Source: an uncultured Clostridia bacterium (GTDB lineage Bacteria; Bacillota; Clostridia; Christensenellales; UBA1242). From it: a stretch of DNA of 64,000 nucleotides. This document shows, one piece after another, positions 43,441-55,500 of this stretch (positions within the stretch are counted from its first letter, which is position 1; every line of letters begins with the position of its first letter). The stretch lies in NCBI GenBank assembly GCA_930971385.1, contig CAKNGB010000001.1:67670-131669 (forward strand), written 5' to 3'. Both the position numbers and the translations under genes were made by a program. A model generated the notes under the pieces. It saw only the letters and a program-made list of their open reading frames with translations. It was not told the origin of the DNA and searched no databases.

Positions 43441-43749
43441 AAAGCAAAAAATAAATAAAAATATAATAAAAATGCAGAAAAAATGAAAAAAATAGCGAAA
43501 TTTTTAATATTTTTGCTGTTTTTTTGTTTTTTAATATATTTTTTAATTTTTATTCAATTATTTTTTCTTAATTAAAATGCGGAAAAGAAAACTTGTTAAT
43601 TTGTTTTTATTATTAAAAAATGATTTTTTGCCAATTTTAATTTTTATTTTTTATTCTTCAAGTTTTTTGCGTAATTTATTTGTATTTTTAGGATAATTTG
43701 TAGTATTATAATTATAAGTATAAGATTGCAAATGTTGAGGTGAGAAGTT

Positions 43750-46419
43750 ATGGTTAGAATTATTCCAAGAAAAACAAAAGTTAAATTCGAGTTCTTCCGT
43801 GGAGTGACAGGGCTTGATATACTGCTTGGTGCCATCTTCCTTGCCATTGCCATAATTCTTTTCACCAGCAATTTCCCAATGGCGATTTGGGTGGGAATTG
43901 CATGGGTTATCATCGCTGTTTCCCTCTTTTTCAAATTTGCCGACGATGTTAGATTTTACACCACAATCATCTATCTTTTGAAATTTGCCGCACAAAAGAA
44001 AAAGTTTGTTAAAGGAAGCGAAAACAAAAAAGGCGACATCAAAGAGATGCTTCCATACGAAGGTATTGTTCAAGATAGGTACATTGATTTTGGAATTTAT
44101 TACGGCATGGTTATTGAAGTTCAGCCAATGTTCTTCACACTTTTAACAGAAAATTTTCAAGATAATGTTATTGAAAGTTTTGCAAATGCACTAAGGCGCC
44201 TAAACAACAATCAAACTTGCTCGATTGTGAAAATCAGAAAGCCTATGGTGCTTGACCACTACATATATAATGAAAATAAGAAATACGACACATTATATGA
44301 TATGCAATACGACGGGCAAATCACAGAAAAGGAAATTGACGCCCGTGCACCAATCTTTGAAGAAAGAGTTTCCTTTTTTGAATACATTAATAGGCAAGCA
44401 AAAATATATAAAGACTATTTCTATCTTGTCATATATGATAAAGACCGAGAACTTCTTGAAAATACTGCCACAGGAATGATAAATTCCATGGCTGCGTCAT
44501 TAAACCCAATAACCTCCAAAATTTTGACAGGTAAAGACCTTTATGTTTTTTTGAAAGCCAATGTGGGTAAAGATTTTGATGAACGCGACCTTGACATTTT
44601 GCCTTTTAATAAGTATATGGATTGGGTGACACCAGATAAGATCAAATTCAACATTGCAAAATATTATGTCGATAAAGATTGCTATCGTGTTTACAATTTA
44701 ATCGACTATCCAATTCAAGTGGGCAATGCTTGGGCGGCACCATTCTTCCTTTTGGATAGAACTAAAGTTATTATGAAATTCAACCCTATGCCAAGAATGG
44801 ATTCGGAAAAACAGATTGATAAAGCAATCATGGAAATGGAATCAAAACTTGCAAAATCTGGAAGAAGTTCAACGCAAATTGACCTTCAAACTCACCTTGA
44901 CACTTTAAAGGAGCTTTTGGTTTCGCTTAAAAACAACAACCAACAACTCTACAACGTTAACACCTACATCGTCACAGAGGATGCTGCAAAGAAAGAGGTG
45001 CGTGCAATGCTTAAACAACAAGGTTTTAGATATTCGGAAATGTTTTCACGCCAAGTGGACGGCTTCATTTCCTCCAACATCTCGCGCCTTGACACCATGA
45101 AATCAACCATGCGTGGAATTCCAACTTCCACACTTGCCGCATCTTTCCCATTCATATCCAACTCTTTGCAAGACTATAACGGCATCTATCTTGGCGACAA
45201 CGAATACCCTGTGTTCGTGGACTTTTTCAAAAGAGACAGAGAAAGAGTTAACTCTAACATGATGATTATTGGAAAATCTGGTTCTGGTAAGAGTTATGCC
45301 ACAAAAACACTTTTAACTAACCTTGCGGCAGACAACTGTAAGATTTTCATTCTTGACCCTGAAAACGAATATCGCGACTTAACACGAAACTTGGGCGGAA
45401 AATTCATCGATGTTGGTTCGTCTCTTCAAGGTATCATCAATCCATTTCACGTTATCACATCACTTGACGCTTCTGAGGACGAAAAAGAAGAATATGATGA
45501 AAACGGCGAACTTATTGTGGAAGAGAAAAAAGTGGACGACTCGTTCACTCAGCACTTGCAGTTCTTGGAGCAATTCTTCCGTGTGATTTTGGAAGGTATC
45601 AATGCTGATGCTTTCGAGGTTTTGAACTCGCTTGTTATTGATATGTATAAGAAGAAAGGAATAACCTATAAAACTAACCTTTCTAAGTTCAAACCAGAAG
45701 ATTATCCAACTTTTGACGATCTATATAACCTTATTCTTGAAAGATTGAAAACGGCGAAAGATGATTTCTCCACAAGAAACTTGATGACTGTGGAAACTTA
45801 CATCAAAAAATTTGCCACAGGCGGAAGAAACAGCGCGCTTTGGAATGGACCAACTTCCATTGAAACAAACGAAAATTTCGTCACTTTCAATTTCCAATCG
45901 TTAGTTGCTGGAAACAACCCAACCGTCACAAACGCGCAAATGCTTTTGGTGTTTAGATATTTAAATAACGAAATCATTAATAATAAGGACTTTAACCAAA
46001 AATATCATAAGAATAGAAAAATTATTGTTGCCGTGGATGAGGCGCACATCTTCATCAATCCAAAATATCCAATCGCGCTTGACTTCATGGCGCAAATGGC
46101 AAAGCGTATCAGAAAGTATGGCGGTATGCAAATTGTCATCACACAAAACCTAGCCGACTTTGTGGGTTCGGACGAAATTAAAAGGCAGTCAACTGCGGTT
46201 ATTAACGCGTGTCAATATTCTCTCATCTTCTCGCTTGCACCAAACGATGTGAATGACCTTATTGAACTATATAAGAAGTCGGGTGGTATTAATGAAGAAG
46301 AACAAAACTCAATTGTGACTGCTGGTGTTGGTCAAGCGTTCCTTATCACTGGACCAACCTCAAGAACCACAGTGCAAGTTATTGCTCATGACTATGTGAA
46401 GCAACTGTTTGGAGGCTGA
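43750..46419 (+). CDS. VirB4/TraE-family type IV secretion ATPase with fused N-terminal VirB3/PrgI-like two-TM segment
   Basis: RBS GAGGTGAG. N-terminus KVKFEFFRGVTGLDILLGAIFLAIAIILF...WVGIAWVIIAVSLFF. Walker A IIGKSGSGKSYATK. ILDPENEYRDL..GGKFIDVG..GIINPFHV. PTFDDLYNL. Walker B IIVAVDEAHIFI. KRIRKYGGMQIVITQNLADF. Confidence 0.8.
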   Translation: MVRIIPRKTKVKFEFFRGVTGLDILLGAIFLAIAIILFTSNFPMAIWVGIAWVIIAVSLFFKFADDVRFYTTIIYLLKFAAQKKKFVKGSENKKGDIKEMLPYEGIVQDRYIDFGIYYGMVIEVQPMFFTLLTENFQDNVIESFANALRRLNNNQTCSIVKIRKPMVLDHYIYNENKKYDTLYDMQYDGQITEKEIDARAPIFEERVSFFEYINRQAKIYKDYFYLVIYDKDRELLENTATGMINSMAASLNPITSKILTGKDLYVFLKANVGKDFDERDLDILPFNKYMDWVTPDKIKFNIAKYYVDKDCYRVYNLIDYPIQVGNAWAAPFFLLDRTKVIMKFNPMPRMDSEKQIDKAIMEMESKLAKSGRSSTQIDLQTHLDTLKELLVSLKNNNQQLYNVNTYIVTEDAAKKEVRAMLKQQGFRYSEMFSRQVDGFISSNISRLDTMKSTMRGIPTSTLAASFPFISNSLQDYNGIYLGDNEYPVFVDFFKRDRERVNSNMMIIGKSGSGKSYATKTLLTNLAADNCKIFILDPENEYRDLTRNLGGKFIDVGSSLQGIINPFHVITSLDASEDEKEEYDENGELIVEEKKVDDSFTQHLQFLEQFFRVILEGINADAFEVLNSLVIDMYKKKGITYKTNLSKFKPEDYPTFDDLYNLILERLKTAKDDFSTRNLMTVETYIKKFATGGRNSALWNGPTSIETNENFVTFNFQSLVAGNNPTVTNAQMLLVFRYLNNEIINNKDFNQKYHKNRKIIVAVDEAHIFINPKYPIALDFMAQMAKRIRKYGGMQIVITQNLADFVGSDEIKRQSTAVINACQYSLIFSLAPNDVNDLIELYKKSGGINEEEQNSIVTAGVGQAFLITGPTSRTTVQVIAHDYVKQLFGG

Positions 46420-46436
46420 TTTTTAAAAGGAGTTAT

Positions 46437-46520
46437 ATGGCAAAAACTTTTAAAAGAATTTTTGTTGGCGTCTTTTCTGCAATCGCTTTTATGGTTGCAG
46501 GACTCTTTTTTGCTGGGTGT
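46437..46520 (+). other. lipoprotein signal peptide (lipobox F-A-G-C, Cys28)
   Basis: MAKTFKRIFVGVFSAIAFMVAGLFFAGC. Confidence 0.75.
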
Positions 46521-49500
46521 GAGGAAGACTATTCAAATGTTTCAGTCACAAGTGATGTGGCGTCGCTTTCTTTGGAAGTTGGGGAGACGGAAACATTAAA
46601 TTTTCAAATTAACAACGCACCGAGTTCCTTTTTCAACAACTTGATTTTTAATGTGGATAATGAAGGAAAGATTGAAATTTCAAACAAAGTTATCAATGGA
46701 AATGTTATCAGCGTTGACATCACGGCTTTGGAGGGTGGCACGGTTAACCTTATGGCTGTGACAGAGGATGATTTCATATACACATTTGTGCAAATTAACA
46801 TAATTGAGCATTCTGAAAGCATGGAATATAACTCTTCTTTCCTATATTATACCTACACAACTCCTTTTGTTGCAAATGACGGCATCTTCAATTTCGATGC
46901 TAACACCACCGACAGAGATGTGACTTTTTACTTTTTAACAGAAGATGTTTCCGACCAAACTTTCATTGGCTTTGAAGAAATAGACACATCAGACCCAGAA
47001 AATTTTGTTATGCCAACAAGTCCAGTTTTAGAGTTTAATGATAATTCCACATCAAATGTAAACGAAGTGCCAGCGTATGCTTTTCAAACTGTTTCAGTTG
47101 GCGAAGTGGATGGCGAACAAGTTATCTTTCTTGACGGTGAGGCATTAAACAAAAGTGAAAACGGCGAGGAATATGTGTCAGCGTCTGATTTTCAATTCAT
47201 AGCAATCTATAATCATTCAGTTATTTCCTATCGCGAGGGAGAAAGCCCATATCTTACATCAGTTTGCGATGTGAAAATTTTAAACGACTTAAATGTGGAA
47301 GTTTCTGGTGGATATGTTGATGCTGACAGAGAAGTGGAGGAGTTTGAACCACTTTCTTCACACGACATCACTCTTATTCCAAACGCAAGTGGCGATAAAG
47401 GAAGTGTTTATATTTTGAGGGTGGTGGCAGACAGCGAAAGCGACCTTTTGAGTTTCAACAAGATTGAAGGCGAAAATTTAAGTGTGGATATTGTGCGTAA
47501 CGAAAACTTCGGCGATTCAACAGACTACGCAGGAAAAACGGTTTACTATCTTGAAATTGCCGCTTCTGCTTTTGGCAATTACACTTCAGAATTCAGTTTA
47601 CAATTAAATTATTTAGGCGCGGAAGAAGTTTTGGATGAAAACATCAACTTTATTGGTCATTTTAATGTGGAGACGCAGTATGTTGCAAAGGAAGTTTACT
47701 TAAATGGTGTGCTTTCCACGGCGTTTAGTGCGGACGCTGATGGCGAACGAACTATTATTTATAATGCATACACTTGGCCAGAATTTGGCTGGAAACCACT
47801 GAATGTGGAAGTTTCTTCAGGTCTTGACGTTGAACCTATTTATGACTACGCCACTATTGAGTTCAACGATGAACATTTACGCTTTAGATATGGCTTAGCA
47901 GAAATTGAAAGTGGCAGAAGAATTTATGACCTTTCCACAGGTTTCACATATAAAGGCGTGGATGATGCAAATAACGGCACAGGAAGTTTCACAATCACTC
48001 TTGAGAACACGGCAATGCAGGCAATTGATGAAGCAAATGCCTCGCTTGTTATTGAAGTTTTTTATGAGATTATTGATGGCGCGGACAATATCAACAAAAA
48101 CACCACCTATGGAGACGCAGAGCAAGGTCAAAAGTTATATCTCGACTATCAAACACATTCGCGCGTAGATGCAGATTTAACAGGCTATTTAATTGCCGAC
48201 AGCTATTTTGAATCGTTCACAGTTTCATATGTGGGTGGAGATGCCGATGTTGTTGATTTTGTTATCGGCGATTCTTATGCCGAGGAGGCCACTCAAACAA
48301 CAGCAGAGGGCGATTATAACTTATGTTTTTCTCTGCACGCTAAGGCGATTGGCGAGGGAACTTATCAGGTGACGCTTGACAACGGCGAGTCCACAACTTT
48401 CACGGTGGAGGTTATAAACAGCCTTAGAACAAATCCTTTTGGTATTGATATTGTTTCTGGAAATTATATTGGCTACTACGACTGGTCAACTTCTTCAACT
48501 GAAGAAAATCCAGTTGACTATAATGATGTTTTAAACCTTGAAATTTTGAACCCAACCACACTTATTGGCAATGATTATGTCATTCAATATAACAACATAA
48601 CAACCATTCAATTTTATGGACAAATCGACACCATTTCAATCAATGATGACATGGAAATTGTGGAAGGAGGAAATGTTATTTCAGTTTCTCCAGCAGGGAA
48701 CAATTCGTTTAACATTGAAACCTTATCCAACGGCGTTGCACAAATAGTTTTCTCTTTGAAAGGCGATGCTGTTAATGACCAATTTAACCTTGCGGATGCA
48801 GAAACCACAACATTTACAATCAACATAACATCCTATTCTCTTCTTTCCGAATTTATCTTAACAAATGGCGGAAGCCCTGCGGTTGATAACACTGTCTATT
48901 ATGGTGCAAGTGAATATATTCCAGAAGAGGATATGCAAGTTGATTTTGATATCCAAGCCGAAAACAGAAATTCTTTTAACTTTTATCGATACTATTTGAA
49001 CGAAACCTTCTTTTTTGATGATGCTAAAATAGACGGAAGTAGCATAGTGGACGACATCATTAACAGGTTCTTAACAAAAGATGAAGATGGTAAACAGGCT
49101 TCGAGTTATACATATGAAAATCAATATGTTGCAGAAAGCGACTTAACCATGGAGCTTTGCCAAGAAACTTTCCATGAAAATTTCACATATTTTTATGTGC
49201 AATCCTCTTTCCCTTTAACAACAAGAACGCTTGTTGACATCACAGTTTCCGACGGCGCTGGAGATGAACGCACTGATCAAGTTCAACTTTCTTTTAATAA
49301 TGGGTTTATGTTCTATGGCGAAGGTTACACAAGAGAATATGTTTACAACGATAACACCTACACAGTGACAATCTCTTTTTCCAATTTTTATAACATTGAA
49401 AATATTGGAACTTTTGACTTGAACACACTTATTTATGAACATCAAGATGTGAATAGCATAACACTAACCATTAATGCGTATGTTCGTCAAAGAAATTACA

Positions 49501-52500
49501 CGCGTATGCACTATGAGGCAACCATTAATGCAGTTCAATACACACCAGTTGAGTCGGTTGTGACGGCAACAGATGTCACAGAACTTGTTTTCACAAACAG
49601 CACCTTAGAGCATAATTTTGTGGTCTATGTTTCTCCTAACTATGCCACAAACACCGATTTGAATTACACCTTTAGAGCGGTAAACTCCACTTCAAGAAAT
49701 CTTATTGATGTTGATATCACACAGGTTCAAAGCGGGCTTGGAACATATTTAATTGAAGTTTCCGCACAGGATTTCTATAACTCACACTCTGACATCGTTT
49801 CAATAACAGACACGCTTGCGGGAACGCTTTACATCTATCCTGTTGAGTGGGGAAATGATCCGTCAGTGATTGAAGAGGGAAACGAACCAATCGTTATTGA
49901 TGTTTCCTATCGCAACGGTTCGGAAAACAATAGGTATATTTTAGACACGCCAGAAGATGTGCTTGCCATAAACGCTAACGAAGTTTCACTTTCCAGCCAC
50001 TATGAAATTAGAAATATGATCGACATGAGTTCAATTTCTGCAAGCGTGCCAATTGGGCTTTTGGCAAATACTGCTGAGGATGGCACGACGACCTACACCT
50101 TGCAAGGCTTTTCGGGCAGTATTGTTGGCACAACAAACGAGGCGGAAATTGCCAATGTCAGAATTTTGTCTAACATTAGTCAAGAAAATTATGGCTTTGG
50201 CGCAACCATAGACCAGGGCACAGAAAATTACTATGCTGGGCTTTTTGCGAAGATAAATGACGGAGGGTATCTCAAAAATCTGACAATTTCTGGCGATATA
50301 AGAATGACTGCCAATGGAAATTATTATGTTGGGCTTGTGACTGGCATTAACGATGGAACAATCACAAATGTTCAAACAAACATCTATGCTTCTTCCATAG
50401 GTTTAACGCAAAGTGGCTCTTTATATTTTGGTGGTGTTGCAGGTCAAAACAACGGCGAAATTTATCAATATTTCCCAGCATATGCAGAAAGCGACTTAGA
50501 GTTTACCACGCACACCTCTGAAAATTTAGCGGGCGAATTTGCAGGGCAAACGCCAAAGAATATTGTCTATTTCCAAGGCACTCTTGAAATTTCATTAAAC
50601 GCAAATGCAGACTCAGCCATTTTGTATGTTGGCGGAGTTGCTGGTGACAACACTGGCACAATTAAAAAAGAGGATGATACCTCGTTGCGTTTATATGGCT
50701 ACACAAACTACTCCGCAGTCACAAACATACAAATTGTGGAAGAAAATGTGAACAATGCAATCATATATGCTGGTGGTGCGGTTGGAAGATTGATTTCTTC
50801 AAGCACGCAGGATGATGATGGCGAAGATTATTACTCCACAAGAACGCGTGTTGAAAATCTTCTTGTCGGTGGAATTGTGGATAGCGTTGCAACCACTTCC
50901 TATCATTATGTTGGCGGAATTGTTGGCTTTGCCACCATTCCAAGTGCAACAACTGGACGAACTCAAAACAATTCTGTTTACATATCAAATTGCACTTCGC
51001 GTGTTTTTGTGCGAGGTCAAACTTACACAGGCGGAATTTTAGGTTGTGATGATTTTGCTAACTATAGAGGTCGTGTTGTTGACTCAGCAAGTGTTAATGT
51101 CAACCTGTCAGAAAAGAACACACATAACACAATTGAAGCAGTGGATGACGGAAGAACGGCACTTGAAGCATCCATGATTATTATTAGGGGCGGTGGTGCA
51201 AAATTAAATGAAGAAACAAACACTGACGAAATCAACAGAATTATTGCAATTGGAAATAATTCTGGAAGAACATATAGTGCAACTTTCAACATTTCTTCCT
51301 ATGTAAGAAGAAATCTGTATAGTTTAAACGGCGGTGCAGTTAATCCAAGTGACACCACAACCTCTAACTATTATGGTGACTTTCTCGTTTTAGGAACCGA
51401 CAACACTTTGGTTGAACAAGACGAATTCACAAAAGCGGATGTAAATTTAGGTCTTGAAGAAGGGAGTAGTTTCAAGTTAACTTTGGTTGATGACGAAACA
51501 GGAAATCAAACTGAAAGAAATGTCTTTTTAATGTTCTATTTTGACGCAGAAAATTTTGTGAATTCTCTTCTTTCTGGCGTGGCGCAAGATGTTGTTGATG
51601 AAATGAACACCTTTAATCCAAATTCCACGCTCTATCCTTTTGCCATCAACACTCGCGATGCGCAAATAATTTCGGCAACAACGGATATTTTACGCGTGGA
51701 CATCAACGGAAATTTAACAACTTCTGGCATCGGCACAGCCACAATCAGACTTCAAAGCGTTTTGAACACTCAAAATTCGGTGGAAGTGACTTTGTATATC
51801 GTCAACTACTTTAATAAAGATGTGGAAACTTCCATATTCTATAATTCAAACAGTTCCAGCGCTCTTAACATCACAAACGGCTCGCAAGTCAATGTTTATG
51901 GCGACAGGAACACCACTCTATACGCTGTTCCTTCCTATGAACTTGAAAACTATTCCACCATAAATGGCGATGAGGTTTCAGTTTCGCGCGATGGAGTTAT
52001 AAGAATTGGCAATCAAGACATCCTTCTTGCTCGCAACAACTCTTTAACGGTTAACAGCACTTATGTTGGAGATGGCGTGAGCGGAGCACCAGAATACACA
52101 AGATGCATGGTCAACGGGCAAAGTGTTATATTTTATGGCAGAGTCAACAACGATGTTATTGAAGGAGTGGATAATTATTCGCTTGAATCTTACATAAGCA
52201 TGACCACCTCGAACGGTCAGGAATATACCATGGCAATCGGGCTTCAAAACATCAACATTCGTGTTGCTTTCTATGAAACCGCCACAGCCATTCAAACCAA
52301 GGCAAATTTGGTGACAATTCAATCAAACGACGATTTTTCTGACACGCTGACAATTGAATCTCGCAACAATGAATATGCTTATTATGAAATATTGTTCACA
52401 GACGAAAATGGAAACGAAGAAGTTATTCAATCAAGGCTTCCAAGCGCTGAGGGGTTTGAAAATGATGACGATTATAACGATTTTATGAACAACTTTACTT

Positions 52501-55500
52501 CAAATGATTTGTTTGCGTTAACTTTAAACCGCATAGGTAACACAAACAACTTTGATTTCAATCTTGCAGTGAATAAGGTTTCAAGTGCCTATTTAAACCG
52601 CAACACTCAAAATATCTATGGCTCATATCGCATCGTGTTCTATGCCAACGAACTTCAAGAGGGTGTTTCTTGCAATTTCGATTTCTTCTTGAAAGAAGCA
52701 GAAATAACAAATGTCAGCATTGAAAACTATTCCAACTTTAACGATATGGCAATTTCGGACGAGTCGATTGTGCCATCGCAATATGGCATTTTGGAAATTT
52801 CCATCGACCCTGTGGATGCAGAGTTCGACACTTTCACCATTTCCAATAACGCCATAAACTATAACGAAGGCGCAAGTGAAGTGACTTTCACATTCGTTTA
52901 TCAATCCACAAGCGCTGGCGTGGTTGAATATGTTGCCGACACCAATTTTGTGGCAATGCATGGCGGAAGTCTAACTTTTAGTTATAACAACTATATTAAA
53001 TATTTAACCAATCACGGCGAAACCTACAACGGCAGAGTTTACATTCAATACTTTTTAGGCTCTCAAGGTGTGGAAGATGATATGCCAATCACTTTTGATG
53101 TTGATGTGGTTTATAATAACGACCTCCACTTCACTTCCAGCATAAATCTCATCACACATCTTGCTAACTACGTTCACCTTTCCTTTGACGACAGAACACC
53201 AAGCGAAAGCGACACCTATTTTGTGGCAAGAGGGCTTAGTTACGGCATGACACTTGACTATTATGGTTTCTCGCTTGATGAAATTGAAATCACAGTTTCC
53301 AACGAAGAGGTGGCAACAATTTCAGGCGAAGGACGCGAACGCGTTTTAAGTGTGACGCCAAATCAAATCGATTATCAAAACCAAATTGGATACCAAATCA
53401 ACATCAATGTTTTTGCCTCTCGAATTGTTGACAATGTGACAGTTACCTATTCAGAAGACCTCATCGTTTATGTTATGGAATATGTCTTTAACTATGAAAA
53501 CTCTCCAGAAACTGACTATGACATTGTGCGAGGCGAAGAGGATGGCGTTATCACAACAGCAATAGGAAGTGCTTATCCACTTGAACTTGACATTTGGGAT
53601 TATATGGAATACGACAGTTCAAACGCATCTGTTGTTAGAAACGCGCAAAACTTTGTGGACAGGCTGACCGAAAGCGTCACCTTCACAATCACAGACTCGT
53701 CAGTTGTTGGCAGGTTTGATGTTCCAATAACTTCTGACACCACTTTGCGTTCTGATTACTACTACATCAATGGAAGATATTTCACTGGAATTAGGCTTTA
53801 TAACGCCGAGCAAAACATCTTTAACTTTGGCGTTTCAGGCTCTTACTATATGCACAACGGAATCTATGAATGCGGAGAAGCGCCTGATGGCAGTTTCGCG
53901 ACGGGAACAATCTTAGAGGAGTTTGCTTTCACTGTCACAAATCAGTCCAGCGAAGAAAGCCCAATTCCAATTGAGGACTATGACGACCTTATGAGTATGC
54001 AGGAAGGTCAACATTACATTTTGCTTAACGACATTATTCTTCCAAATTCTGAAAATTCCAATCAATTCTCGCCAATCGCCACACAGGTTGCAAGTTTCGA
54101 CGGCAATATGCACGTGATAAGTTTGGCGGGCGACTATCGCTATGATGCTTCGGTGACCAATTTCGGCTTGTTTGGAAGTGTCGGTCAAAACACGGTGATA
54201 AGAAATGTTATCATGGAAATTTCAGCAAGCACAAACATTGTGATGAGCGCAGACAATTTCTCCGTCGGCATGATTGCAGGAAGCAATGCTGGAAACATAA
54301 CTAACTGTGAAGTTCGCACTTTGGGTGGTGGAATTTTAACCGTTTCCTTCTCCACTTCCACACAAGGTTCATATATAACTGGCTTTGTGGCTTCCAATTC
54401 TGGAATTATCACAAACTCAAGGTCGTCGGTGGATATCTATGCCACTGTGAATATCTCTGGCTTTGTTGGCACAAACACTGGAACAATCTCTTCTTCCTAT
54501 TTTATGGGTGGAAGTTTAAGAAATGGCGACAACACCACCACGCAATACACTGCAGGGTTTGCGCTTTCCAACAGCGGAAACATCTACACATCCTATGTTT
54601 CTGGCGAAATAACAAATTCAAACGACGCGGTTTATTATAAAGGCACTGATGACTACATCGCTTCCTTCAACTCCATTGCTGGCTTCGTTTTTGTGAATAA
54701 TGGAAATGTGGAAGATTGCTATTCAAACATCAATCTTGAAGAGGCTGGGCTTTATTCTGCTGGCTTTGTTATGACCAACTCTTCCACTGGATTCATCGGC
54801 ACAAGCATATCCACAAGTAAATTGAGAAATCACAACACAAACGCCTATGGCTTTGCAAGAAACAACCTTGGCACAATTTCCTCATGCCTATGGCTAAGCG
54901 ATGATGATGAAGAAATTAACACTCACATCAGCACGATTGAAAATAACAGCACGACCTCTGTTAATTCCTTAGCTATTAGCGAATTCTCCACTTCTTCTCC
55001 AACCTTTGAAGAAAATTTCAGAAACTTTGTTTACACACAAACTCGTGGATATAATGCCGTTTGGTTCTATAATAATAGGAACAGTTCTGCAACCTTTAAT
55101 GGCGAAGTTTTCAACACCTCAACTCTTCAACTTGTTGCTCCAAACATCGTCGCATTCTCGCAACGCGAACTTTATTCTGCAGAAGAAGTGTATGACGAAG
55201 AAAGTGGCGTCACATATGTTGAATATGTTTATGTGAACACACCTGAAAGTGGTGTTTCTGGAAGTGTTTACAATCCAATTCTCATTCAAAACGCCGAACA
55301 ATTTGAAACTTACATCTTAAACGGCAACAATTCCGCTAACTATAACTATAACTACTATCGAATTATAAACAACATCGACTATTCTGAACTAGACCATAAC
55401 AGCAACCTATATAACACAAGGTTTATGGGTTACTTAGAAGGAAACTTCTTAACAATTTCCAATCTTCACATGGTTTCAAGTGAAGCACTAACATATGCTG

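Noticed and set aside
43483-43575. 30-codon ORF encoding a very hydrophobic peptide (MKKIAKFLIFLLFFCFLIYFLIFIQLFFLN) in the spacer upstream of the VirB4-like gene
   Set aside because: There is no Shine-Dalgarno. T-rich DNA yields Phe/Leu/Ile-rich ORFs by chance. It would need Ribo-seq or conservation evidence; I kept it only as a note.
43651-44073. 140-aa and 96-aa minus-strand ORFs overlapping the 5' end of the VirB4-like gene and its AT-rich upstream region
   Set aside because: They overlap the well-supported VirB3/VirB4 N-terminus on the opposite strand. They have no RBS, and the Asn/Lys/Phe-rich product is expected from AT-rich sequence.
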